Shown: positions 36,941 through 50,317 of the stretch, in pieces
Layout: every line of letters starts with the position of its first letter
How positions within the stretch are numbered: position 1 is the first letter of the stretch
Source: Octopus vulgaris
Taxonomy: Eukaryota
DNA: 64,000 nt
Direction: 5' to 3'
Assembly: GCA_951406725.2 (NCBI GenBank)
Contig: OX597840.1
Span: 12,214,001 to 12,278,000, forward strand
Program-made: the position numbers and the translations under genes
The notes under the pieces: generated by a model
Told to the model about the DNA's origin: nothing
Database searches by the model: none
Seen by the model: only the letters and a program-made list of their open reading frames with translations

Positions 36941-39900
36941 GAATGACGTCGGAGTGTAATTTGAAGAACTTCCTGAATGATTCAGAGGCGGGAACTTATT
37001 CTACACTTCCGTCGTTAAGGAAAAATTTGCCCAAAAGTCATGGACAAAACTATTTTAGTACACCGTATGCAAATTAACCAACTTCAAAAACAGTGTCTGT
37101 GTATTCGATACGGCAGAAACGTTAGCACGCCGGGCGCAATGCTTTGCGGTATTTCGTGTCTTTACGTTCTGAGTTCAAATTCCGCCGAGGTCGACTTTGC
37201 CTTTCATCCTTTCGGGGTCGATAAATTAAGTACCAGTTACGCACTGGGGTTGATTTAATCGACTTAATACCTATGTCTGTCCTTGTTTGTCCCCTCTGTG
37301 TTTAGCCCCTTGTGGGTAATAAAGAAATAGGTATTTCGTGTCTTACGTTCTGAGTTCAAATTCCGCCGAGGTCGACTTTGCTTTTCATCCTTTCGGGGTC
37401 GATAAATTAAGTACCAGTTGCGCACTGGGGTCAATGTAATCGACTGAATACCTATGTCTGTCCCCTCTCTGTTTAGCCCCTTGTGGGTAATAAAGAAATG
37501 GGTATAGTATATTGCACAAGAGACCGGGATTCCTGGAGGCCTCGGATCAAGCCTGGTTCTGCATTTAAGTTTCCTGGGAAAAGTAATACAAACCGGTGTT
37601 CTACAAAAATATGTCTTCTGTTAATAAAAATACATCTGTTTTGTTATTATTGTAATTAAAAAAAAATATTCTCGCGTATAAATTTTAATTTAAATTATAT
37701 TGCAATGTCAGATAAATATTCTAAAATATATAAGGAATAATCAAAGATTCTGAAAGACAGAAATAATTGAAGATTTTGGGAGAAAAACTTATGTAATCAT
37801 TGTAGCATTATTTCTCCATGACCGTCGAGGTATAAGAACAAACGAGACGTCTTCTGAAATTCCAAGGTAAAAATATTAAAATTTCACTTTAACAACAATA
37901 ATAATCCTTTCTACAAAAGTTATAAGGCCTGAAATTTTGTAGGGGAGGGGATAAGTTGATTATATCGACCCCAGTGTCCAACAGGTACTTTATTTAATTG
38001 ACTCCAAAAGGATGAAAGGCAAAATCGACCTCGACAGAATCTAATGATAATAATTATTACAATTATGAACTTTTGGACTTCGTTTTAATTTAATTTTAAT
38101 TGAAATATCAGAGAGAAAGATTATATTTGCTCATAAGTACGTGGAAATAAATTCTAAATATATTTATTGTGTATTTAACAGGAATTATTTATAGACAAGG
38201 TTAAACTGTCCGTCCTGATAATGATTGAGCAACGATGTCGCTCGACCGGTTAGAAAAAGCAGTTAAATAACCCTTAAATGACTCGTTGTCGTTTTAAATA
38301 AGGAAACGAGGAAAGCAATGCATTCGATAATGTAGCGTGAAAATATGGGATGGTCACGGCTGGATACCTTTGATCATATGTTTGTGGCTAAACAACCTCG
38401 AACCAATACGCTCACGAACTATCATACACATATACAAACACTCCGATATGCATACATACAAATACGTACATATATACTAACGTATATAAATACATACATA
38501 CATACAAGCATGGACGTACGTAGTGCATACATATACACGCGCGTACAAGCGCAATACCTACACATACATGTCTATACACATACACGCAAGGCGGCGATCT
38601 GGTAGAATCGTTAGCACGCCGGGCGAAATGCGTAGCCATATTTCGTCTGCCGTTACGTTCTGAGTTCAAATTCCGCCGAGGTCGACTTTGCCTTTCATCC
38701 TTTCGGGGTCGATAAATTAAGTACCAGTTACGAACTGGGGTCGATGTAATCGACTTAATACCTATGTCTGTCCTTGTTTGTCCCTTCAATGTTTAGCCCC
38801 TTGTGGGTAATAAAGAAATGGGTATTTCGTCTGCGTTACGTTGTGAGTTCAAATTCCGCCGAGGTCGACTTTGCCTTTCATCCTTTCGGGGTCGATTAAA
38901 TAAGTACCAGTTACGCACTGGGGTCAATGTAATCGACTTAATTCGTTTGTCTATCTTTGTTTGTCCCCTCTGTGTTTAGCCCCTTGTGGGCAGTAAAGAA
39001 ATATATACACATACACGCATACGCCCATACATGTACCATATATGTATAGCCTAGTGTAGCCATCTGGTTCGCCAGTCCTCAGTCAAATCGTCCAACCCAT
39101 GCTAGCATGGAAAGCAGATGTTAAACGATGATGATGACGATGGTATATACAGGGATGCATACATACATGCATGCGTGCGCCTGCATACATACATACTATC
39201 TCTCCTTCTCCCCTGAATCACCGCTTCTTGTTGATTGATGTGTATGTGCTTCTGACCCCTTCATTCCTGTCACCAAATGTCTCCCACTTTCCTCATACAC
39301 TCTTGCAACCCAACAACTCTGTTTCTCCCCCCAACCTTGTCATCATCATCATCGTCATCTTTATTATTATTATTATTATTAAGGTGGTGAGGTGGCAGAA
39401 TCGTTAGCACGCTGGGCAAAATGCTTAGCGTTATTTGGTCCATCCTTCCATTGTGAGTTCAAATACTGCTGAGGTCGACTTAGCCTTTCATCCATTCGGG
39501 GTTGATGAAATAAGTACCAGTGGTGCACTGGGCATGATGTAATCGACTAGTCCGCATCCCCCATAATTTCAGGTCTTGTAACTATAGTAGAAAGGATCAT
39601 TATTATTATTAAGGCGGCGATCTGGCAGAATCGTTAGCACACCGGGCGAAATGCTTTGTGGTATTTCGTCCTCCGCTGCGTTCTGAGTTCAAATTCCGCC
39701 GAGGTTGACTTTGCCTTTCATCCTTTCGGGATTGATAAATTAAGTACCAGTAACGCACTGGGGTCGATGTAATCGACTTAATATCTTTGTCTGTCCTTGT
39801 TTGTCCCCTCTATGTTTAGCCCCTTGTGGGAAATAAAGAAATAAGAATTGTTAGCATTCTGGGTGAAATGCTTAGTAGCATTTCATCTGTCTTTACATTC

Positions 39901-40142
39901 AGAATTCAAATTCTGCTGAGGTTGAGTTTACCTTTCATTCTTCTCAGGTTGATAAAAATAAGCACTTGTTGAGTACTGGGGTCGATGTAATTAACTTAGC
40001 CCCTCATTTGCTAGTCTTGTGCCAAAATTTGAAATCACTATTATTATTATTATTATTATTATTATTGGCAAGTTGGCAGAATTGTTAGCATACCAGACAA
40101 TATATTTAGCCACACAGCCATACCTACACCTATGTATATATA

Positions 40143-40350
40143 TAGGAGTGGCTGTGTGGTAAGAAGCTTGATGAAATAAAGTAGCTGCTGCCCTTGTGGC
40201 AAATTAAATGAAATAAAGAAGCTTGCTTACCAACCGCATGGTTCTGGGTTCAGCCCCACGGCATGGCATCTTGGGCAAGTGTCGTCTACTATAGCTTTGG
40301 GTCGACTGAAGCCTTGTGAGTGGATTTGGTAGATGGAAATTGAACGAAGC

Positions 40351-40389
<39 letters not shown>

Positions 40390-40585
40390 GTGTCTGTGTT
40401 TGTCCCCCCACCATCACTTGACAACTGATGTTGGTTTGCTTACGTCTCTGTAACCTAGCATTTCGGCAAAAAGAGACCAATAGAATAAGTACTAGGCTTA
40501 CAAAGAATAAGTCTTGGGGTCGATTTGCTCGACTAAAGGCGGTGCTCCAGCATGGCCACAGTCAAATGACTGAAAGAAATAAAAG
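40143..40585 (+). mobile_element. Family-A SINE
   Basis: Consensus match, with a short insertion after the A box. Confidence 0.82.
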
Positions 40586-40667
40586 AATATATGTACACAC
40601 ACACACACATGTACATATATATAAACGTGTGAGTTGCCTAAGAGACCATAAGTCAAGGAAAAAGATG

Positions 40668-41082
40668 GGATCTTTTTGGTTTGAACGGCAGTTTTTTCTA
40701 GCGTGTCATATGAAATTGTCACCCATAATTATGACCCTAGTATCAATCTATTGCATTTCAATCTGTTTTAGAGTTAGGGTTAGGGGTGGAGGGAAGTATA
40801 TCTTTTTTTCTTCACAAATGTAAATAAACCCAATCTATTTCTTAAACAAGGGACATATTCATACGGCACAGAATGCTTTTTAACTCAATAGACGTCATTG
40901 ATTGGTTGAAATTGCAGAAATTGAAGAAAAAACAACAAATATTCTACAAACTACAGAATTTTCTCAATAAAGCCAAAAGAAAAATATGTTTTATAAACAC
41001 ATTCTACCAGTATACGAAGTTTAAAAGTGTTTAGTTACATGGAAATTATTTTAAAAAACTGCCGGTCAAACCGAAAAGATCC
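40668..41082. mobile_element. Merlin-type MITE with a perfect 8-bp TSD
   Basis: AAAAGATG|GGATC...GATCC|AAAAGATG. Confidence 0.9.
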
Positions 41083-41295
41083 AAAAGATGCACTCATATA
41101 TTTGTCTGTAGGGTGGGTGTATTATCCGAAATGTATAGTATTAAATATCCATCACAGCTGATCTTACCAATCAGTTTCGTGTAAAGAATGTAATGGAGTG
41201 TTCAGTAATAAACCGATTATATAACTTTACATTCATTAGAGTTAGCTGATATGGAAGTGGGGATATGGTAACTGCTCATATATATATAAAAACAT

Positions 41296-41546
41296 AAATG
41301 CGCCTTTTTAAAGCCTAGCCAGGCTCATGGGACCAGTTTCCTGGTTTCTATGGCGTATGTGTTCCCCAACTGGACGGGACACCAGTCCATTGCAGTATCA
41401 CTTATTTTTGCCAGCTGAGTGAACTGGAGCAATGTGAAATGAAGTGTTTTGCTCAAGAACACAACATGTTGCCCGGTCCAGGAATCGAAACCACAATCTT
41501 ACGATCATGATGATGACACCCTAACCACTAAGCCACGCGCCTCCAC
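41296..41546 (-). mobile_element. SINE with a family-D-like head and the ...AAAGGCGCAT tail
   Basis: Head and core resemble 11232; tail resembles 22514 and 32379. Decayed relatives at 49020-49745. Confidence 0.75.
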
Positions 41547-41584
41547 ATACACACACACACACACACACACATATGTATGTATGA

Positions 41585-41756
41585 ATGAAGACAGTTGCAT
41601 CAAGGGGTGTTGATCTCTAATTGTAGAGGGAACGTGGAAAGGCAAGACCCAGGAAGATGTGTGATGAAGTGGAGAGAAAGGATCTACAGACATTGGGACT
41701 CACAGAGGGGATGACAGGGGACCGAGACTCCTGGCAGTTTGCTGTGATTGAGAAAA
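41585..41756 (+). mobile_element. RTE LINE ORF C-terminal relic
   Basis: EDSCIKGC*SLIVEGT / RPRKMCDEVERKDLQTLGLTEGMTGDRDSWQFAV; similar to 59070-59345. Confidence 0.65.
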
Positions 41757-41819
41757 CCACCTGATGAATGACTGCGACTCAAAAATTTGATGACAGTAGC
41801 CAGGAAACGATCGTAGTGG
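41757..41819 (+). ncRNA. Minimal type I hammerhead ribozyme motif with A.G-closed stem II
   Basis: CCAC-CUGAUGA-A-UGACUGC..GUAGCCA-G-GAAAC-GAUC-GUA^GUGG, followed by pLTR-family sequence (41860-41945) and (TA)n. Confidence 0.75.
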
Positions 41820-41971
41820 ATATTAATTATATTTTTTAATAATTGTTACATATTTAAATAATATAAATTAATTTATGTATTGGCTTAAGTCTTTCATTGT
41901 TTGATTTGCATAATAGTGGTTTTGTCTCTAATTTAATATAATGTATGTATATATATGTATATATATGTATG

Positions 41972-42039
<68 letters not shown>

Positions 42040-42042
<3 letters not shown>

Positions 42043-43713
42043 TTGCGTCGGAAATTAATTAGCACTTCTCAAATTTCTACATTTTCTTACATTTTCTTAA
42101 TTTAATTAACTCGTTTTTAATCAAAAATTTATTAAAACATATCCCAGCACACCACATAATTGTTATTAATCGTGAAATTTAGTCAATATCTTGTTGCTCC
42201 TCCTTTGGCAGCAATGACAGCTGCTACGCTGGTCGGCATGCTGTCTATGAGTGTCTGCAGGTACTGTGCAGGGATGGCCCTCCATGCAGCAAGAAGTGCC
42301 TCAAACAGCTCGTGTCGGTTCCTGTATTGCTGCACATTCAAATCCCTACCCAATCGACTCCAGAGGTTCTCAATAGGGTTCAGGTCAGGTGACCGGCCAG
42401 GCCAGTCCATGACCGTCACCCCATGGTCCTTGAAAAAACCGGTTGTGAGCTTGGCTGTGTGGGAAGGCGCGTTGTCCTGCTGGAGCATGTACTCCTCGCC
42501 ACCAAAGAGGTATCCCGTACTATCTCAACGTACTTTGCTGCGTTGATGTTGCCTTCGACGGCATAGAGCCGCCCAACACCACTGTAGCTGAACGCCCCTC
42601 ACACCATCAGACCACCCCCACCATGCTTCATGGTGGGAGCAATGTGGTCTTTGTTGAAGTGCTCACATGGACAGGCTTGTCACTGACGAGACTGAATCGC
42701 GACTCGTCAGTGAACATCACTGTCCGCCACTGCTGCACGGTCCATATCTTGTGGGCACGGGCCCAGAGCAACCGCCTCTTCCGGTTTTGGGCTGTAAGGA
42801 GCGGCTTACGGGCGGCCCTACAGGATTTTAGACCAGCTTCCAGTAATCTGGTCTTGACGGTGGTTGTAGACAACTGCTTCCCTGTCATCTTTTGCATCTC
42901 CTCCGCCAGTTGCCGGCTCGTTGCCCTTCAGTTGTACAGTGACTTTCGGATCAGCATCCGGTCCTCCCGCTGGGTCGTCAGCCTCTTCCGTCCCCTACCC
43001 TTTTTGTCAGCTGCTGATCCAGTTTCCTCGTATTTCTTAAATAAGCACTGAATTGTGCGCCTGGCTACACCAAGTTTTCTGGCTATTGCAGCCTCCGACA
43101 GCTTCCCACGCCACGAGAGAGCCTCGTATCATCTCTCCAAGGTCATGCGAGGTCTTGGGCCCATCTAGGAATGAACGATAAAAACCAGTTATTTTCATTA
43201 AAACTATTCATTTGAATAATGTTATGCTATAACAAAACTGCTATGAGTTATTATTCATGAAACAAAAAAGAAAGAAAGCAGAATTTCTCACCTATTTGAT
43301 GTATAACAGAAAGTTTTGTGAACCGGAAGTGACGTCACCAAGCAGAGTGTAGGAGAATTTGTGAGGAAAAAAATCTTGCAAATACACAAATCAATTAACC
43401 TATGAGCTGTTCAAAACATCTTACGCGATGAGAAAACTTAGTACGGTGTGATTTCGGTCCTTGCGAGGCGCTACCTATATCTATTAAACAAAGGAAGATT
43501 TGTCTGCATCCGCACTCCAAGTTGTTGTTGCACTGCTATGTCAACATCATTAGGCTGTAGACTCTCAAACCGCTCTGCAAACAAAATTACGTCATCGTTC
43601 TGCGCAACAGTGAACTCGCAACAAAGCAATAGTTCAAGATATGGCCACTAGGTGACAGCAAATACCTTGAGTGAAGAGCAAATCAAGGTGCTAATTAATT
43701 TCTGACGGTAGTG
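42040..43713 (-). mobile_element. Tc1 transposon (DD34E), TIR to TIR, inactive
   Basis: TA TSD; 26-bp TIRs CACT(TG/AC)CGTC(G/A)GAAATTAATTAGCAC. Transposase 43164 to 42183 has an HTH region, GRGRK, FTDESRF and QQDNAPSH...SPDLNPIE with 34 aa between D and E; in-frame TGA stops and frameshifts. Confidence 0.93.
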
Positions 43714-43719
43714 TATGTA

Positions 43720-44110
43720 CAGTGATCCCTTGTTTATCACGGTAGATTGGTTCCGAGACCAGCCGCAATAACTGAATTTCCGTGAAGTAGGGACACCATA
43801 TTTACAGTATTTATTTAACATGTATTTGGACTTGTAAGACCCTCCCTGTACTGTTAACAACCCACCCATTACATTAGTCTATTAATAACAAGGACAACTG
43901 TGAAGCAATAACACTTTAGATTTAAAAAAATAAATATTGTTACTGTACTCAACACGAAAGAAGTTGAAGTAAAATTTGAATGATGATGGTGATGAATTTG
44001 CTGCGCAGTAGAAATGATGATGAAGCTGACAGCGGTGCCCTTTCCTGGGACACCTTCCACTTCTTCCGAAGCCCATCTTAAGTTCAAATACTTTTAATCT
44101 CCATGTTTGT
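43720..44110. mobile_element. Tigger/pogo-like MITE fragment
   Basis: Starts TA|CAGTGATCCCTTGTTTATCACGG, a Tigger-like terminus; no matching right TIR seen. Confidence 0.5.
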
Positions 44111-44119
44111 TGCAGTCAC

Positions 44120-44810
44120 TTGCCAAGGCACACTCAGCAGTCTAGGGCAAGTGAAGGATAAGAGATGTTACAGTATAACTGAAGCAGGGGCAGCAGCGAA
44201 ATATCTCCATGTACAACACAGACATTTAGATTGATAGGGGTTTTTCTAAGGTCGTGGGCAGTACTTGTCAACACAATCTTTTGGATTTCTCTGAGACATG
44301 GTTCTCCTGGGATGTCATTTAGATGTTTCTGACACCTCTTTTTAATCATACCTACAATAACAGGGACGGTTTTTGCTTTAAGATGCCACATCTTTTGTGT
44401 TTCAATTTCCATGTCCTTATACTTACTAAGTTTGTCAAATTTCTTTACAGATATATTTTTATCAGTAGGAACACTTACATCGGATCTTTTCCTTTTGAAC
44501 AGCACATGTCAGCACAATTTCTAGTTAACTAAACACTTTAAAACTTCGTATACTGGTAGAATGTGTCTTCCCTGTCCTTAATAATTATGTTTAGTCGATT
44601 AGCCTGGATTGTTCTGTCAGTGTTGAATGCAAAATCCCAGACGATAGTTACATTTTTACCTCAGGACGATATTCATACCAGTAAGCAGGGATACCGATTT
44701 TGTAGTGCTTATATATTTTCCAATGTAAATACTGTCCTACCCTATTGTGCTGACTTTTGTATTCACTTATTGTCAACATAGGACATCTGGAAACGAGATG
44801 GTCTATTGTT
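44120..44810 (-). mobile_element. R4/Dong-clade LINE fragment (CCHC region and restriction-like endonuclease) interrupted by a Merlin-MITE end (about 44482-44567)
   Basis: IDHLVSRCPML...HNRVGQYLHW, IVWDF..TDRTIQANR, DVSVPTDKNISVKKFDKLSKYKDMEIETQKMW...IQKIVLTSTAH. Confidence 0.85.
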
Positions 44811-45404
44811 TCAGTCATTAAACTGTGGCCATGCTGGGGCACCACCTTGAAGGGTTTAGTTGAGCAATTTGATCCCCAGCACTTATTTTAAAGCCTGGTA
44901 CTTATTCTATCAGTTTCTTTATACTGAACTGCTGAATTGTGAGGATGTAAACAAACCAACACTGGTTGTCAAGCTGTGGTGGGGGAGAAACACAAGCTCA
45001 AAGACAAGTACACACACACACATATATACTTATATGATGAGCTTCTTTCAGTTTCCATCTTCAAAATCCTCTCACAAGGATTTTGGTTGACCCAAGGCTA
45101 TAATAGAAGACACTTGCCCAAGGTGCCATGCAGTGGGACTGAACCAAGGCTTCCATACAGTTTCTGTGTATCAAATTCCATTCATAAAATATTGATCTAT
45201 CCAAGGTAGAATTGAACCTGTAGCTGCATTGTTGCACAGAAAACTTCTTAGCCATGCAACCAAAATGGTTGCATGGTTAAGAAGTAGTTTATTGTCTTTT
45301 ATTTTTTATTTTCAGATGCTGTTGGAATATGAGAAGGACAGAAAAAACACAAACAAAAATTCTAAAAAACAAATAATTATCTAAGACGACTTCAGTTCCT
45401 GGAG

Positions 45405-45557
45405 ATGCTGGAAATAATGCTCCGGTTCTGTCATGAAGTGAATGTCCGTAAAATTGCATCTGTTGGTTCCAGTTTTAGGGCATCTCCAGTATGTTCTATC
45501 AATGATCTTTTACACCAGTCGTTTAGACTGTGGCCAGGCAAAATTCCTCAATGTTAT
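45405..45557 (+). CDS. DNAJC28: DnaJ homolog subfamily C member 28, first coding exon (putative mitochondrial presequence)
   Basis: Acceptor ttttcag| at 45315; ATG at 45405; R/S-rich 51 aa; donor |gtaagt, phase 0, in frame with the J-domain exon. Assigned by phase and position rather than by homology. Confidence 0.65.
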
Positions 45558-46604
45558 GTAAGTTTTAGCAAGAGTTCTAGCAGATGTCGGCATTAGGAAG
45601 CACCGAGTTGGAATTTCTCTGTTTCGACAGGGATTTATTCAGATTATTTTTTCAGTGCCCCTGGAAATGTCCTGGAATATCTTTGTAGCCCACCAAAATT
45701 TGCGAAAAATGTTTTTTTAAAAAATAAAAACCCTCCCCCATCTTTCCCGCTGGGCCGATTTTGTGGGCACTATGCACGACGAACCCCCTACCCTTTGGAC
45801 TGATTTTGTGGGCACTACAAACTTAAAAACGACGGGAGAAATCTTTTCGTTCAAAAAAAGATTTAACTCTATATTTATGAATTTCTTAACCCGGCTGAAA
45901 CCGGCTCTGGCTCTGAGTACAAATGTCGTGTTTTTATAAGTTTTGAATTAAAATCTTCCACCAAACCTTGGTCAGAATTTATGTTCCTAGCACTAGCTTA
46001 ATGGTAACTAAGTTATTTTAATATATTCTTTGTTATATTTAAAGTAATTAAAAGAAACACAGAGCATCTCAAAATAAATACAGTAACGAAAGAGACTTTT
46101 TTTTATTAAACCTATTTGTTAAAAAAACCCCCATTTTTTGCGAATTTTTTTGCTAAAAAGATACTCCAAAGCATTTCCAAAGACACCGTGAAAAGAAAAA
46201 TCTGAAAAATCCCCGTCAAAACGGAAAAATTCCATCTTTCTGTTTCCTAATTCCGACGTGCGCCATATTTCTTTTACTTTTCCTTTTATCTATGACAGCA
46301 AGCTGACAGAATTTTTAGCACGGCATGTCTTTATGCTCTGAGTTCAAATTCTGCCGAGGCCAACATTGCTTTTCATCCCTTCGGGTTCGATAAAATAAGT
46401 ACCAGTTGAGCACTGGAGGTGGATGTAATCAACTTATTCCCTCCACATTTTTTTTAGGTGGTAAGTCGGCAGAATTTTTAGCACTCCAGAGAAAAATGCT
46501 TCGCAGCATTTCATATCGTTTTTTTGTATTATCTCCCTTACATATTACAACAATAGGAGTTATGTCCCTTGATTGTAGTTTTAGTGCTGTCATCACGCTG
46601 TTCA

Positions 46605-46615
46605 ATACACACACA

Positions 46616-46659
<44 letters not shown>

Positions 46660-46913
46660 CTCATCTCCTCCTACTCTCTCTTTCTCTCTTTCTCTCTTTC
46701 AGTATACATACATCCATACATACATACATACATACACTTGCATACATAGATACATACACACACATACATATACATAGATACATACACACATACATACTTA
46801 TACACATACATGCACAAACATCCATACCCAAACACATACACACACACATACATATATATGCATGCATACATACATACATACATACATACATACATACATA
46901 CATACATACATAC

Positions 46914-46976
<63 letters not shown>
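46605..46976. repeat. (CA)n/(CATA)n microsatellite block
   Basis: Direct reading; similar blocks at 8235-8660, 21398-21488 and 23165-23420. Confidence 0.95.
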
Positions 46977-46978
<2 letters not shown>

Positions 46979-47654
46979 TAGCACTGGGATATGTAACACT
47001 TGCCGAAATGCCAATCTTGAGAAATAAGGCTTCTCAAAACAAGTAAAAGAATAAAATAATAAAATTCGTATTTGCCATAAATCAATAAATAAAGTTTGCA
47101 AATTTTCGGTAATTTTAGCCAATCATAAACCACAGACATAGTCATGCCTGTTTCCATAGTAACAAACCAGGCATGAGAACTCTTATGTCTGTGAGAAAGC
47201 ATGTGTTGACAAATGTAGTCTACCCATTGAGGTGGTTGTGAAATGTGCTAAAAATAACAGCTAAATATGCCTTAAATTACATCCCCCTCAAATTTTTTGT
47301 TTTTGTGTAGAATATAAATTCACAAAACATTTTCTGAAAATTCCAAAAAATAAAAAAGTTATGAGTGTTATACGGGGTGTGTAAAACAGAATTCCACCAA
47401 TATTTCATTTGTTTACGGTTGACAGCACATGCTCTCATGCACAAAATGACATCTTCCAAATGCTGTTTTCTGAATGGGTAAAAATTATCAAAATTTAAAC
47501 CTCTGTAACTTTTTTTAAAAATATTTCTGGAACAAGTAAAATATATCATGATATTCAGTGTGGAAAATTACATCAATGTACCAAATTTTAAAATTTTCAA
47601 TAAACTTTGAAATTTGCACAGGTGCAGCCTAACAGAAAAGATTCAGGCATTATA

Positions 47655-48199
47655 TTGGGTTGTCCGGAAAGTTCTTGCCAATTTATAGTAGCTTACCTTT
47701 CGACTTATTTTAGAACATGGTTGAGTCCATAAAATAGGATTTCACTACACCTCCATTTAGAGCACAGTTTAAGCTATCTTTTCATGGAAGAGGGTTTATG
47801 TTCCTATAACCTGTGTTAATTCTGTAACCCTTTAAAATGGAAGATAAGAAAGTTCATTTTCGGCACTTGATGCTTTGGGAACCAGACTAAAATTGCTGCA
47901 GCTTGGCTGGGATGTGTTACCCCACCCTCCATATTCACCAGATATTGCTCCTTCAGATTTCCACTTATTCAGGTCTCTGCAGAATAGTCTTAATGGTAAA
48001 AATTTTAATTCCTTGGATGAATTCTTTGCCATGAAAGCACCTCAATTCTGGGAAGAGGGTATTTTCAAGTTAAATGAAAGATGGAGATGCATTGTGCAAC
48101 AAAATGGTTCATATTTGGTTGATTAAAAATGTAATGGCAAATATTTATTGACCTTTTTCTTTCCTTTAAAAATCAGCACAAACTTTCCGGACAACCCAA
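47655..48199 (+). mobile_element. Internally deleted mariner element
   Basis: TA|TTGGGTTGTCCGGAAAGTT...AACTTTCCGGACAACCCAA|TA. N-terminal MEDKKVHFRHLML is fused to C-terminal LGWDVLPHPPYSPDIAPSDFHLFRSLQN. Confidence 0.9.
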
Positions 48200-48560
48200 T
48201 ACTAACGAGTAGTGGCCACACAGATTAAACAGCATAATGAGGGGGGTGGGGTGTCTATTTACTTTTGAGATATCTGTGGTGTATGTGTGCTTGCATGCAT
48301 GCATGTGTGTGTGTGTGTGTGAGTGAGTGTGTGTGTGCGCTCCAATCTAGTTAGATAAAAATTGGGGGTGCCTGAAATTCTATTGGGAAGGACCTAGTTG
48401 ATCACATTTATTGCAGTACCCAGCTGGTACTTATTTCGTTGACCTTGAAAGGATAAAAGACAAAATCAATCTCAGCAGAATGTGAAAACACACAAAACGC
48501 TGCTAAGCATTTTGACTGGTGTGCTAATGGTTCTGCTGATTTGCTGTCTTCAGACGGTTA

Positions 48561-48863
48561 TCTTTATATATAAAAGTGAAGTTGTGCGAGAGTCTGTCTC
48601 CTCCGATTTAGATTCCTAACTACTCCCACATTTTGCGGTGCAGTTTAACCAAAAGCAGGTATCTTATAGTCGTGATTCATATCGAGCCCTTCTGGGTATT
48701 AGCGCATGCCTACGATGAGTCTACGATTTAAAAAAAAATTTACCATCATTTTTTCGTTTTTTAATGCATTTTTTGCTCGGTTTATATAAGGGAAGTAACT
48801 CTCTAAAATGCTTATGTAGTTATTTCCCTTACAAACCCGAGCAACGCCGGGCGATACTGCTAG
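48561..48863 (+). mobile_element. Non-autonomous Helitron
   Basis: A|TC...CCCGAGCAACGCCGGG hairpin...CTAG|T, with no TSD. Confidence 0.9.
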
Positions 48864-49761
48864 TATATAATAAAAATGTTGTATGCATTCTCCATCCCTG
48901 TTTGCCCCTTTTTTTTTTGTTTAGGGACACCTTTTCAGCCCATTTCTCTGTGAGTCTGGTCACCCTACTCATAACCCTTATTCAGTTCAAACCTTACCAG
49001 AACCTAAGAGGTTAGTCTACATTATTCCATAAGGAGCACAGAGCTGGTTTCCTTGTTTCTTGGGTGCATATATTCCTTCATGGATGGGCTGCCAGTCCCT
49101 TGCAGGGTTACTCACATTTGCCAGCTGAGGGAACTGGAGCAACATGAAATGCTCAAGAACAAAATGTTCTGCCCACTCTAAGAACATCTATGTGGTCATT
49201 TGGACTGCTAGAAATAGCAGCAAAAATCCTCTGAGTTCGAGTAAAGCTGGTTACTAAGTTTCCATGGTGACTGAGTGACCAAGATCACAACATTCCTCCC
49301 TGAATGGAACACCGATCCCTTGCAGGGTTATTCATTTTTGCCAGATGAGAGAACTGGAGCAACATGAAATGAAGTGTTTTGCTAATGAACACAATGTGCT
49401 GCCTGGTCCAGGAATTGAAACCACAATCTTATGATCATTAACCCATACCCTCACCACTAAGCCATGCACCTCGACACACACACACAAAGTTTTGTGTCTT
49501 CGTCTACATGAATTTGTAAGGTGCTCAGGGCTGGTTTCCTGGTTTATCAGGTGTATATATTCCTCCCCTGGATGGGCTGCCAGTCTTTCAAAGGATTACT
49601 CACTTTTACCAGCTGACTGGACTGGAGTAGCATGAAATGAGGAGTTTTGCTCAAGAATACAATGCATTATCCAGTACAGGAATTGAACCCACAATCTTGT
49701 GATTTTGAGCCCAAAACCCTGACCACTAAGCCATGCATCTCCACACCCACACACACGCATG

Positions 49762-49818
<57 letters not shown>

Positions 49819-49968
49819 ACACACACAAACACACACACACACATTTGTGTGTCAGTTCACATTACTCCATAGGACTGGTTTCCTGATTTCTCTGGCGCGT
49901 AACCACTAATCCTTGCAGCTCCACTACCGGAACCTAAACAGCTCAAATATCTTATTTTTCCATTGCAG

Positions 49969-50181
49969 CTGAGTTCAAATCCCTTTCCTGGTCACAAGAG
50001 AAAGGACGACCCCGTTCATCTCGAGAATTACAACATTTTAAATGTCAGCCATGAAAGCTCCGCAGAAGAAGTACGAGAAGCTTATATACGACTTGCGAAA
50101 AAGTTTCATCCAGACAGTGGATCGGAGAATGCCAACCCCCAAAAATTTGCCCAGATCCAAGATGCTTATTACTCAATTATG
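49969..50181 (+). CDS. DNAJC28: DNAJC28 J-domain exon
   Basis: Acceptor cattgcag|; NYNILNV...EVREAYIRLAKKFHPDSGSENA...FAQIQDAY with the HPD motif in the HPDSGS context I recall from DNAJC28; donor |gtttgt, phase 0. Confidence 0.9.
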
Positions 50182-50317
50182 GTTTGTGTTTTTTAATTCT
50201 TTTATTGCTTTCAGTTGTTAGACAGTGACCATGCTGGGGCACTGTCCTCAAGGGTTTTAAGATGTTAATATCAACACCATTGTTAGTTTGGTCTTATTGT
50301 GTCTCATCTCTCTCTCT

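Noticed and set aside
42160-43051. Plus-strand 128-aa and 142-aa ORFs
   Set aside because: Antisense to the GC-rich Tc1 transposase.
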